A stretch of DNA of 64,000 bases from contig JAHJQX010000010.1 in NCBI GenBank assembly GCA_018818965.1, forward strand, positions 4,579 through 68,578, read 5' to 3'. Under the pieces are notes generated by a model, which worked only from the letters and a program-made list of their open reading frames with translations, searched no databases and was not told the DNA's origin. This document shows positions 1 through 8,635 of this stretch, one piece after another. Numbering within the stretch: the first letter of the stretch is position 1; each line of letters begins with the position of its first letter. The position numbers and the translations under genes were made by a program. This DNA is from Patescibacteria group bacterium. Lineage in GTDB: Bacteria > Patescibacteriota > JABMPQ01.

Positions 1-696
1 GAGGTTGAAAGTGAAGGGACAAAAGATAGTGACCAACTAGAGGGAACGAACGAGGAGACAAGTAACACGGAACAGGAAAAAGTAGAAAAGCAGTCCGAAC
101 CCGAACCAATTCCCGCCAGTCATCAACTCACCGCCGCTTTCATCCCTCAAGCTCCTTTCCACGATTGGTCGGAGCCGTGGCAGAATGCTTGCGAGGAAGC
201 AGCGCTGCTCGTCGCTCACCACTATATTCAGGGCGATAAGACAGTCCCGCCAGCGCAGGTCAAGCAAGAAATTCAAGCAATGCTTAATTGGCAGGATAAA
301 TATTACGGAACCCACAAAGATCTAGTGGCCGCCGAGGTAGCGGAAATGGCGCGGGAATATTTAGGCTACGAAGATGTCGAAGTGGCCTACGATATTACGA
401 TCGAAGATATAAAAAGAGAAGTGACAGCTGACAATCCAGTAATTATACCCGCTGCCGGCCGCACGCTTAATAATCCTAACTACACTGCTCCGGGACCGGT
501 TTACCATATGCTGACGGCAATTGGCTATACTGAGAGCACAATTATTACCAATGATCCAGGCACACGCAAAGGAGCGGGCTTTACTTTCACTTATGACAAT
601 TTTTATAACTCTATCCACGATTTTGTCGCCGGGGCGAATGCCAAGCCAGCCTTGATGGGGGAGGGAAGGCGGGCGATGGTGGTGGTTAACAAATAG
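1..696 (+). CDS. C39-like (papain-fold) cysteine peptidase domain protein; 5' end lies outside the window
   Basis: Frame 1 is open from nt 1 to the stop at 697. The translation contains ...QAPFHDWSEPWQNACEEAALLVAHHY... followed by a C-terminal half with conserved Y/H residues typical of peptidase_C39_2-type domains. The N-terminal part is acidic and low-complexity. Confidence 0.5.
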   Translation, partial: EVESEGTKDSDQLEGTNEETSNTEQEKVEKQSEPEPIPASHQLTAAFIPQAPFHDWSEPWQNACEEAALLVAHHYIQGDKTVPPAQVKQEIQAMLNWQDKYYGTHKDLVAAEVAEMAREYLGYEDVEVAYDITIEDIKREVTADNPVIIPAAGRTLNNPNYTAPGPVYHMLTAIGYTESTIITNDPGTRKGAGFTFTYDNFYNSIHDFVAGANAKPALMGEGRRAMVVVNK

Positions 697-792
697 GCTT
701 GCGAGAGCCCTTATTCTAGTTGTAGTTAAGGGGATTTTTATTGTTGTACAAATTTGACAATTCTATTGACAATTGTTCTAATATTAGGTAAC

Positions 793-821
793 TTGACTAG
801 CTTTTAGACTAGTGATAAAAG
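793..821 (+). promoter_or_regulatory. putative sigma70-type promoter (TTGACT-N17-TGaTAAAAG) for the 916..2424 gene
   Basis: -35 TTGACT at 793-798 and extended -10 TGATAAAAG at 813-821, in a 220-nt AT-rich intergenic region that also carries tandem TTGACA hexamers at 754-759 and 766-771. Confidence 0.3.
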
Positions 822-849
822 CCCTATTTATTGAGAAAAATTAAATTAT

Positions 850-886
850 TTTGCCTAATTAGCCGTTTAAAATAGTTAATTAGGCA
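850..886. promoter_or_regulatory. perfect 11-bp inverted repeat (TTGCCTAATTA-N15-TAATTAGGCAA); candidate operator/regulator-binding site
   Basis: 850-860 is the exact reverse complement of 876-886, with a 15-nt spacer. It lies between the putative promoter and the start of the 916..2424 gene. Confidence 0.35.
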
Positions 887-915
887 AGGTAATTTTTGAA
901 CGCAACTTTTCAAAC

Positions 916-2424
916 TTGTGGCTAAAATGCTGCAAAAGGAAATCTATCGTGAAACTTGAAATCACAACTTCCGTGGTCTTTTTTTCAACCATCAGTCTGA
1001 TCGTTGGCTATCTGCTGGGAGTGATTACTGCCCTGGTGGCGGTGATTATTCGCCGCAATCGAAGAGGTAACAAATCCCAGAAAGAGGAGGTTATGCCCTC
1101 AGTTTCAGCCGAAATACCTGGAGCGATGCCGGCAACCTCTGCTCCTGCCACCTCTCAACCGCCAGCCCCCGGTCCTCAGCCCACTATCCAGGCCTCGGCG
1201 GGCTTTCTCAAGGTTGAGTTGTCAGATAGTCGGCTAGGCATTGATGGTAAGCTGTCAATAAAACTAACCAACACTGGCCTTGAGCCAGTGAGAGTCGAAA
1301 AGCTTTGGGTTAGATCAGCGGGAGGAAACATCTATCTGACGCTTTGTCAAAAAGTGGATGCTTTCGGCTTGGGAGCTGGATGTGAGAAAACGATTGACAT
1401 CTTGCTCGAAGGCGGAGGAGACCGTAGTTGGCAGGACGTTTCCAAAATTGTTCTCGAGGTTGGGGTCAAGGCGGGTGGTAAGAATTTCACCGAGAAATAT
1501 CCACCGTTTCCCCTCACGCCTGTCATCCCCCCCGGATTTTCTCCCGAACAGTCTCATGCCAAGACCAGTTCGACCACCAGCCTGTTCCGGTGGTGGGCCG
1601 ATATGGTTCCCAGTGAGGCTCCTGACGGCTGCCAGGTGAAGTTTGTCGACCTGGCTCTGCTCTACCCACCTGATCGATGTGTGTTGTTTTCTGATCTGGC
1701 TGACTGGGATGGGCAGGAGGCAAGGGAGGTGTCTGCAGCTGGCACAGACCTGACGGTCAAGCTCAGCGCTGGCAAGTTCGAGCTGGTCAGCCAGGATCCG
1801 CTGGCAACGACTCAGTGGCCGACAGGCTGCCGATTGTCGTTAACCCTCACTCACCGTGGGAGCCGATTTCAGATTCACTCGAATCAGTTCTTCAGCTTCG
1901 ATCCGCCGGAGCTGAAGATTGATGAAGGCCTGACAGAGCTGCATGCTGGTCTGGGTCGTCTTCCGTCGATGAGCTCGCCAGGAGGCAACATTAATATGAC
2001 CCGAACTATTCGGGAGCTAAGAGGCTTTTTGAAAGGATTGGCAGATTTAGAACAGACTAGACAGATCATTTTACCTCGATACCTTAAGGGGGTAAGTGAG
2101 AGGTTTCTTAGCCCCTTTGGCGTCGCCCTTAGAAAGAGATACAGCACTGACCCCCTGTTTGTTAAACAGAGGGAAGGTGGGGAGGTCTGGCACGATTGTC
2201 TGAGGGAGTTTGCCTGGGCTTGGGCACAGTCTTCAGGGCAGGCGGAGCTACTCTGGTGGCCAGCGCTTGATGGCTCATTATCAGGCAAGGAAGGGGAGGA
2301 TTATAGCGTTATTACGACAATTGGCAAGGACGGATCTTCCCATGTTTATTGGGTTTATTCTCCAGGTTGGCTCGAGAGAGGTCCGGGAATGAGATCTGGC
2401 CAGGTTTATATTTACAAGCGATGA
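916..2424 (+). CDS. hypothetical membrane-anchored protein with a Pro-rich linker; compositionally atypical (GC-rich)
   Basis: 502-aa ORF with one N-terminal TM helix (VVFFSTISLIVGYLLGVITALVAVII), then a Pro/Ala/Ser-rich linker and a large domain of unknown family. Local GC is about 55-58% against about 40% for the window. The true start may be GTG at 949. Confidence 0.55.
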   Translation: MWLKCCKRKSIVKLEITTSVVFFSTISLIVGYLLGVITALVAVIIRRNRRGNKSQKEEVMPSVSAEIPGAMPATSAPATSQPPAPGPQPTIQASAGFLKVELSDSRLGIDGKLSIKLTNTGLEPVRVEKLWVRSAGGNIYLTLCQKVDAFGLGAGCEKTIDILLEGGGDRSWQDVSKIVLEVGVKAGGKNFTEKYPPFPLTPVIPPGFSPEQSHAKTSSTTSLFRWWADMVPSEAPDGCQVKFVDLALLYPPDRCVLFSDLADWDGQEAREVSAAGTDLTVKLSAGKFELVSQDPLATTQWPTGCRLSLTLTHRGSRFQIHSNQFFSFDPPELKIDEGLTELHAGLGRLPSMSSPGGNINMTRTIRELRGFLKGLADLEQTRQIILPRYLKGVSERFLSPFGVALRKRYSTDPLFVKQREGGEVWHDCLREFAWAWAQSSGQAELLWWPALDGSLSGKEGEDYSVITTIGKDGSSHVYWVYSPGWLERGPGMRSGQVYIYKR

Positions 2425-2435
2425 TCTTTCACAGT

Positions 2436-2467
2436 CCCCAGCGTTTCGACGTTTGGGGATTTTTTTA
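2436..2467 (+). terminator. rho-independent terminator after the 916..2424 gene
   Basis: Hairpin CCCCAGCG...CGTTTGGGG (2436-2458) followed by ATTTTTTTAT (2459-2468). Confidence 0.5.
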
Positions 2468-2561
2468 TAAGCGGAATTCTGCTACGGAATTTTATCGACA
2501 AATATCCCAATTGACACCCTCTTACAATCAGCTAAAATAGACCTATTATATAACAAACGAT

Positions 2562-4388
2562 ATGTGTGGAATAATAGGTTATGTCGGAAAAAAAGAAGCG
2601 CTGCCTATCCTCCTGCAAGGGCTACGACGCTTGGAATACCGCGGTTATGACAGTGCGGGAGTGGCAATAGCTAACAAAGGCAAGATCTGTCGGGTAAAGT
2701 CTGTCGGTCGAATAGATAAGTTAACGGAGAAGGCTAAAGGCAAAAATCTAGCTGGTACTATTGGCATTGCCCACACTCGTTGGGCTACCCATGGCGGGGT
2801 GACGGAGGTTAACGCCCATCCGCATACTTCTTGTGGCGACAAAATCACTCTTGTTCATAATGGCATTATCGAAAATTACCAAGAGCTTAAAGAAAAATTG
2901 AGCGCGAAGCATAAATTTCTTTCCGACACTGATTCGGAAGTAATGGCACATTTGATTGAAAGTTATTACCAAGATGACCTGCGCGCAGCGGTCGAGCAAG
3001 CGCTGGCTGAAGTACGTGGTACTTATGGTATCGCCGTGATGTCAAGTGACGAGCCAGACAAGATTATTATTGCCCGCCTGGGTAGTCCGATTGTAATTGG
3101 CCTGGGTCGGGATGAATATTTTGTGGCCAGTGATCCGACACCTTTACTACCGCACACTAAAGAAATGGTTTTTCTCGATGATGGTGAGCTAGCGGAGATT
3201 ACTAGTGAGGGAGTAAAGACATATAACCTAGAGCAGCACAGAGCTGTTAAAAAAGAAGTGGAGACAATCGACTGGGATGAAGCTAAGGCGCAAAAGCAAG
3301 GCTACCAGCATTTCATGTTTAAAGAGATCTCCGAGCAATCGCATGTTTTGCAAGATGCCATTCGCGGTCGCTACGACGAGGAGGAAGGCACGGCTCATCT
3401 TGGCGGTCTCAATATGACTGAGGAGGAAATGCGCAAGATTAATCGGGTGGTCTTTATCGCCTGTGGAACAGCTTCCTACGCGGCCATGATTGGAAAATAT
3501 GCTTTTGAGCGGTTGGCTGGGATCTCGACGGAGGTAGATGTTTCCAGTGAGTTTCGTTATCGTGATCCGGTAGTGGATAAGCACACACTAGTTTTTGCTG
3601 TCTCGCAATCGGGGGAGACTTTGGACACCCTGGCAGCTTTGCGTGAAGCCAAGCGACGAGGCGCCCAGGTACGAGGGATTATCAATTCGATTGGTTCGAC
3701 CATTGCCCGGGAAACGGATGGTGGTACCTATATCCACGCTGGCCCGGAACTAGCAGTTGCTTCGACTAAGGCGTATACCAATATGACGGCCATTATGTTT
3801 CTTTATGCTTTGCAATTTGGCCGACTACGAGGGGTATCGCTCGGAACAGGGAAAAAATTAATCAAAGCGCTCTTGGAAATCCCGACCAAGATAGAATCGA
3901 TTCTTGAGCAAAGTAACGAAATTAAAAAACTAGCTAAGAAATATAGTAAATATGAAGCTTTCTTGTATTTGGGACGAGGAGTTAACTTTCCCGTAGCTTT
4001 GGAGGGATCACATAAGCTTAAAGAGATTTCATATATCCACAGCGAAGCTTATCCGGCAGGCGAGATGAAGCATGGCGTCAATGCACTGCTCTCCGAAGAC
4101 TTTCCCGTTTTTGCGATTGCCACCCAGAATCAGCTGTACGAGAAAATGATCAGTAATATCGAGGAGGTAAAGGCGCGTCAGAGCAAAATTGTTATCCTGG
4201 CCAATGAAGGCGATGAAAAAATAGCCGATCTGGCTGATGACGTTATCTATATTCCCGAAACCATGGAGTTGCTAGAGCCCCTGCTTAATACTATCCCACT
4301 GCAAATCTTTGCTTATCATATGGCAGTTCTACTGGGGCGGGACGTTGACCGACCGCGTAATTTAGCCAAGAGCGTAACGGTTGAATAA
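2562..4388 (+). CDS. glmS: glutamine--fructose-6-phosphate aminotransferase (isomerizing)
   Basis: 608 aa. N-terminal MCGIIGY (Cys2 Ntn amidotransferase), two SIS domains and a C-terminal ...RPRNLAKSVTVE. Confidence 0.95.
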   Translation: MCGIIGYVGKKEALPILLQGLRRLEYRGYDSAGVAIANKGKICRVKSVGRIDKLTEKAKGKNLAGTIGIAHTRWATHGGVTEVNAHPHTSCGDKITLVHNGIIENYQELKEKLSAKHKFLSDTDSEVMAHLIESYYQDDLRAAVEQALAEVRGTYGIAVMSSDEPDKIIIARLGSPIVIGLGRDEYFVASDPTPLLPHTKEMVFLDDGELAEITSEGVKTYNLEQHRAVKKEVETIDWDEAKAQKQGYQHFMFKEISEQSHVLQDAIRGRYDEEEGTAHLGGLNMTEEEMRKINRVVFIACGTASYAAMIGKYAFERLAGISTEVDVSSEFRYRDPVVDKHTLVFAVSQSGETLDTLAALREAKRRGAQVRGIINSIGSTIARETDGGTYIHAGPELAVASTKAYTNMTAIMFLYALQFGRLRGVSLGTGKKLIKALLEIPTKIESILEQSNEIKKLAKKYSKYEAFLYLGRGVNFPVALEGSHKLKEISYIHSEAYPAGEMKHGVNALLSEDFPVFAIATQNQLYEKMISNIEEVKARQSKIVILANEGDEKIADLADDVIYIPETMELLEPLLNTIPLQIFAYHMAVLLGRDVDRPRNLAKSVTVE

Positions 4389-4390
4389 AT

Positions 4391-5044
4391 ATGAAATACA
4401 AAGCAGCCATCTTTGATATGGACGGGGTTTTGGTTGATAGTGAATATTATTGGCAAAAATTTGAATTAAAGATCTGGCAGCGTTTGGGAGTGGACACTAA
4501 TCAGGAATTTCGTGAGCAGATAGTGGGCTTGGGGATTAGTAGTATTGCCAAGCTTCTTAAAGAGGAGCATGACATAAATATTTCAGCGGATAAGTTGGCG
4601 GCTGAATTAAATGAAGAAGCCAAGCAGGTTTATCTAGAATATTGCGATTTGATCCCGGGAGTCACCGAATTATTAGATAAATTAAAAAACAACTCAGTCC
4701 AATTATCTTTAGCCTCAGCTTCGCCACAGAATTGGGTAGATATGGTGATAGATAGATTTAGCCTAAAAAAATATTTCTCCTTGACTTTATCAACTCGCAC
4801 TATGCAGATACCACCCAAGCCTGATCCAGCTGTCTTCATTCGGGCGATGGAGGAGATGCAGGTAAGTCCAAATACGACATTGATATTTGAAGATTCTAGC
4901 TATGGCGTGTTGGCTGGCAGCCGTAGCGGGGCAACGGTGGTAGCTGTCAAGGATGGTCGCTGGTTAACGGGTGATATTGAGCCGGCTGATTTGGTCATCA
5001 AGTCGTTTACGGATGAGAGGTTAGAAGAGTTTTTGATAGAGTAG
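4391..5044 (+). CDS. HAD-superfamily hydrolase (beta-phosphoglucomutase-like subfamily IA)
   Basis: 217 aa. Motif I FDMDGVLVDSE and the HAD motif III/IV region. Separated from glmS by only 2 nt. Confidence 0.8.
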   Translation: MKYKAAIFDMDGVLVDSEYYWQKFELKIWQRLGVDTNQEFREQIVGLGISSIAKLLKEEHDINISADKLAAELNEEAKQVYLEYCDLIPGVTELLDKLKNNSVQLSLASASPQNWVDMVIDRFSLKKYFSLTLSTRTMQIPPKPDPAVFIRAMEEMQVSPNTTLIFEDSSYGVLAGSRSGATVVAVKDGRWLTGDIEPADLVIKSFTDERLEEFLIE

Positions 5045-5046
5045 TC

Positions 5047-5197
5047 TGCAGTCATTCTGATATATTTTGAAGGATTTTGAGAGGTTGAGCGGGCATGGTT
5101 TCCCGATTCTGATCGGGAAGAGCGAAACCTCTCCCAAAGTTAGATTTCCTCGCCGGGGAAATCTAACGCTCCTTCAGGATGTATCAGAATGACTGCA
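5047..5197. repeat. 151-nt nested perfect-palindrome element (candidate structured RNA, or a MITE/REP-like repeat)
   Basis: The 16-bp terminal inverted repeat TGCAGTCATTCTGATA (5047-5062) pairs with 5182-5197. Inside it, GAGAGGTT (5079-5086) pairs with AACCTCTC (5126-5133), and this stem encloses TCCCGAT-tctg-ATCGGGA (5101-5118). A further perfect 11-bp stem GTTAGATTTCC (5139-5149) pairs with GGAAATCTAAC (5157-5167). The element begins 3 nt after the HAD gene stop and ends 27 nt before the glmM start. Confidence 0.45.
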
Positions 5198-5224
5198 AAT
5201 AAGACTGGTTGATAAACATAAATT

Positions 5225-6562
5225 ATGCCACACAAGCTATTCGGCACCGACGGTATCCGCGGAAAATATGGCGAGGAACCAGTCACACCGGCCACAGCAG
5301 CCAAGTTAGGTCGGGCAGTGGTGGATTACTTTGGTGGCGAGAATAAATCTCCCCAAATCGTGATTGGACGTGATACTAGAGAGAGTGGTTCTGAGTTAGA
5401 GAGTGCTTTGATTGAAGGCGTCACTTCTCGGGGCGGGAAAGTTATTCGCTTAGGCGTAGTACCAACCCCGACCGTAGCCTATATTACCAAAGTGCGATCA
5501 GCTGCAGCTGGTATAGTGATTTCTGCTTCCCATAATCCTTATTATGATAATGGTCTAAAAATATTTGCGGCTGACGGCTATAAGTTACCGGATGAGGTAG
5601 AAAAAGAACTAGAGAAATCGATTTTAGCAGATGATTATACTTTCACTAGTAAAATTATCGCGGATGGTGCTCAAAATAGTAATGAATATATAGAATTTGC
5701 CAAAGAGTCTGTTGGCGAATTGTCTCTCAAGGGGATGAAAATAGCCCTCGACTGTGCCAATGGCGCGGCATATAAATTGGCTCCGCAGATTTTCCGGGAA
5801 TTAGGAGCGGAAGTTGAGATAATAAACAATCAGCCTAACGGTAAAAATATTAACGATAATTGTGGCAGCCAGTTTTTGGCTGGCCTACAAGCCTCAACAA
5901 AAGAAAAAAACTGCGATATCGGCATTGCTTTTGATGGTGACGCTGATCGGGTGATTATTTGTGACGAGAAGGGCAAAGAATTGAACGGTGATCATATTTT
6001 GGCCCTGAGTAGCCTTGATTTGTTGGAGAAAGATGAGCTGATTGGCAAAACCGTCGTCGTAACTGAGTACAGCAATTTGGGCCTAGACAAATTACTGGAG
6101 TCACGGGGAGTTAAGGTAGTACGGGTATTAAACGGTGACCGATATGTTATTGAAGAGATGCGCAAAAACGGGTATATTTTAGGAGGAGAACGTTCTGGTC
6201 ATATTATTTTTGGTCAGCTAACTACGACGGGTGATGGTATTATTGCCGCCTTACAAATCGCATCGCTACTCAAAGAAAGAAATCAGTCACTTTCCGAGCT
6301 GGCGAGTGTTTTAAAAGAGTACTCTCAAGTTTTGCTTAGTGTGCCAGTCGCCGAGAAGAAAGATCTGTCTGAGTTGAGTATGACCCAACAGGCTGTTGAG
6401 CAAGCCAAGGAGGAACTAGCTGATCAGGGTCGAGTGTTGATAAGGTATTCCGGAACAGAGATGAAAGCACGAGTATTAGTGGAAGGACAAAGCCAAACGC
6501 AAGTCAATAAATTTGCTAATGAAATTGCCCAGACGTGGCAGAAAGAGGTTAATAATAATTAA
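5225..6562 (+). CDS. glmM: phosphoglucosamine mutase
   Basis: 445 aa. FGTDGIRG start, the phosphoserine loop ...SASHNP..., and the alpha-D-phosphohexomutase domains. Confidence 0.9.
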   Translation: MPHKLFGTDGIRGKYGEEPVTPATAAKLGRAVVDYFGGENKSPQIVIGRDTRESGSELESALIEGVTSRGGKVIRLGVVPTPTVAYITKVRSAAAGIVISASHNPYYDNGLKIFAADGYKLPDEVEKELEKSILADDYTFTSKIIADGAQNSNEYIEFAKESVGELSLKGMKIALDCANGAAYKLAPQIFRELGAEVEIINNQPNGKNINDNCGSQFLAGLQASTKEKNCDIGIAFDGDADRVIICDEKGKELNGDHILALSSLDLLEKDELIGKTVVVTEYSNLGLDKLLESRGVKVVRVLNGDRYVIEEMRKNGYILGGERSGHIIFGQLTTTGDGIIAALQIASLLKERNQSLSELASVLKEYSQVLLSVPVAEKKDLSELSMTQQAVEQAKEELADQGRVLIRYSGTEMKARVLVEGQSQTQVNKFANEIAQTWQKEVNNN

Positions 6563-6573
6563 AATAATAATTC

Positions 6574-8610
6574 ATGATAGACAATTGCCAAGAATTTGCT
6601 TCCGGTCACCGAAGTTGTCGGGGTTGCACAGCGGTGCCGCAGCCAATTCGCTATACTATTTCGGCGATGAAGGAAGAGGGGATCCCAGTTGTAATTGCTA
6701 ATGCTACGGGGTGTACTGAGGTTACCTCGACTATTTCACCTTATACCTGTTGGAATGTGCCTTATATACACAGCGTGTTTGCTAATGTTGCGGCCACCGC
6801 CTCCGGGATAGAGTCAGCCTACAAGGCGTTGGCCAAAAGTGGCAAACTTAAAGAGATAAATGGCGGTAAGGATATAAAAAAACCAGCTATTATTGCTCTC
6901 GCCGGTGATGGCGGCTCCTATGATATTGGTCTGCAAGCTCTCTCGGGAGCATTTGAGCGACGTCATGATTTTGTCTATATTTGCTACGACAACGAAGCTT
7001 ATATGAATTGCTTGTCTACGGATTCTCTGGTAATGACTGCAGCCGGATTGAAGAAAATTACTGAGGTAAAAAAAGGAGAAAAAGTATGCACTTTTGATCA
7101 GAAAGACTACAAGCTAGTTTTAAAGAAATGCACTGGCGTTTTTGATAATGGTATAAAACAAGTATATAATCTTAAAACCTTTCATCACGACATTAAGGCT
7201 ACTACCAATCATCCCTTTTTAGTATTACAGCGGGGAGGTCGGGGAGGAAAAAATAAATTTATTTGGAAAGTGCTTGGTAAAATCAAACCAGGGGACGAAG
7301 TGGTGGTATCGAAAAAAATAGACGAGGGTAAATCTTTTGATTTTCATTTTAAGAAAACAAAGGTCGGAGATTACAAAGTGTCTCATCTAAATAAAATTAT
7401 ATTACCGAAAAATTCCAGTCCGGACTTGATGAAATATCTGGGATTATATGTTGGTGATGGTTGGCTGCGAGAAAAAAAGGGAGAAGTTGGTTTTGCGTTG
7501 CCGGCTAACACTTCTGGCCGACGAGCTTTAGTTGCCTTACATCGTAAAATTTTTCAGAGTAAGGTAAAAACTGATGAACTATATGCTTATATTAATTCAG
7601 TTAATCTGGCTAAATTTATTAAGTCGCTCGGTTTTGGTCAGGGGGCAGAAAATAAGCGGGTACCGTTCTGGATTTTTACTTTGCCACAAAAAGAAAAGGA
7701 AGCTTTTTTGGAAGGACTGATGTTATCTGATGGATACAAGCATGGTAATAGCTGGCGATACGTTTCTGCTAGTGGAGGGCTATTGCAAACTCTACGTTTA
7801 TTACTGCAAACTTTTGATTATCGAGTGGGTGGTATCCATTGGCAAACTAAAAAGAAAGGCACCAAGGTGGTTTACCGCAGATTGCTTAAGGATGCTAAAT
7901 ATGGCTATATTTGCTTTAGTAAAAAGCGTAAGTGGAATTTAGAGAAATATCCCAACCAATATAAATATCAAAATTTCTTAGTTGATAATGACTATTTTAA
8001 TGTCGAAAAGGTAAAATCTGTAAAGCTAGTTGGTCGAGAACCAACATTGGATTTGAGAGTAGAGGGCGAACATAACTTTATTGCTGATGGGGTTGTAGTT
8101 CACAATACCGGCAATCAACGTTCTTCCGCTACTCCCTTTGGTAGCGCCACTTCTACCACCCCAGCGGGAAAAAAGATTGGCGGCAAACAACGCCAACGCA
8201 AAGATTTAACTAAAATAGCGGTCGCTCATAATATTCCCTACGTGGCTACTGCCGCTGTTAGCCACCGCGCTGATTTTATGACCAAAGTAAAGAAAGCCGT
8301 GGCGGTCGATGGGCCAGCATTTATTAATATCTTAGCCCCTTGCACTTTGGGCTGGAAATTTCCGGAGGATATGGGAATTACTATCGCGCGCTTGGGAGTT
8401 GAGACAAACTACTGGCCACTCTACGAGGTTGAGGACGGAGAATATAAGTTGAGTTATCAGCTAAAACAGCGCAAGCCGATCACGGAATTTGTTAAATTGC
8501 AGGGACGGTTTAAGCACTTATTTAAAGACAAGGATCAACTGGTTATAACAGAGATGCAAAAATATGTTGATGATCAATGGCGTCGGTTATTATCTTTGTG
8601 CGGTAAGTAA
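6574..8610 (+). CDS. porB: 2-oxoacid (pyruvate):ferredoxin oxidoreductase beta subunit (TPP-binding, PorB-like), interrupted by an intein
   Basis: Exteins 6574-7008 and 8107-8610 (about 312 aa together) carry the Cys cluster (CRGC...C) and the GDGG TPP motif. The YDNEAYMN|TGNQRSS junction is reconstituted by removing residues 146-511. Confidence 0.8.
   Translation: MIDNCQEFASGHRSCRGCTAVPQPIRYTISAMKEEGIPVVIANATGCTEVTSTISPYTCWNVPYIHSVFANVAATASGIESAYKALAKSGKLKEINGGKDIKKPAIIALAGDGGSYDIGLQALSGAFERRHDFVYICYDNEAYMNCLSTDSLVMTAAGLKKITEVKKGEKVCTFDQKDYKLVLKKCTGVFDNGIKQVYNLKTFHHDIKATTNHPFLVLQRGGRGGKNKFIWKVLGKIKPGDEVVVSKKIDEGKSFDFHFKKTKVGDYKVSHLNKIILPKNSSPDLMKYLGLYVGDGWLREKKGEVGFALPANTSGRRALVALHRKIFQSKVKTDELYAYINSVNLAKFIKSLGFGQGAENKRVPFWIFTLPQKEKEAFLEGLMLSDGYKHGNSWRYVSASGGLLQTLRLLLQTFDYRVGGIHWQTKKKGTKVVYRRLLKDAKYGYICFSKKRKWNLEKYPNQYKYQNFLVDNDYFNVEKVKSVKLVGREPTLDLRVEGEHNFIADGVVVHNTGNQRSSATPFGSATSTTPAGKKIGGKQRQRKDLTKIAVAHNIPYVATAAVSHRADFMTKVKKAVAVDGPAFINILAPCTLGWKFPEDMGITIARLGVETNYWPLYEVEDGEYKLSYQLKQRKPITEFVKLQGRFKHLFKDKDQLVITEMQKYVDDQWRRLLSLCGK
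7009..8106 (+). mobile_element. intein (366 aa) with a LAGLIDADG homing-endonuclease domain, inserted in the porB TPP motif
   Basis: Begins with Cys (CLSTDSLV, block A) and has TTNHPF (block B). Two LAGLIDADG motifs: LGLYVGDGW at about 7440 and LEGLMLSDG at about 7715. Ends ...VVVHN followed by Thr (+1). The insert is more AT-rich than the flanking extein. Confidence 0.85.
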
Positions 8611-8635
8611 TTAAATAATTAAGAGTAATAAAAAT

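Noticed and set aside
2425-2561. Possible glmS ribozyme upstream of glmS
   Set aside because: The 137-nt leader has only a terminator-like hairpin for the upstream gene. It lacks the conserved glmS ribozyme core, and the region is too short for the known ribozyme.
6513-6701. 62-aa ORF spanning the glmM/porB junction
   Set aside because: Overlaps two strongly supported genes out of frame.
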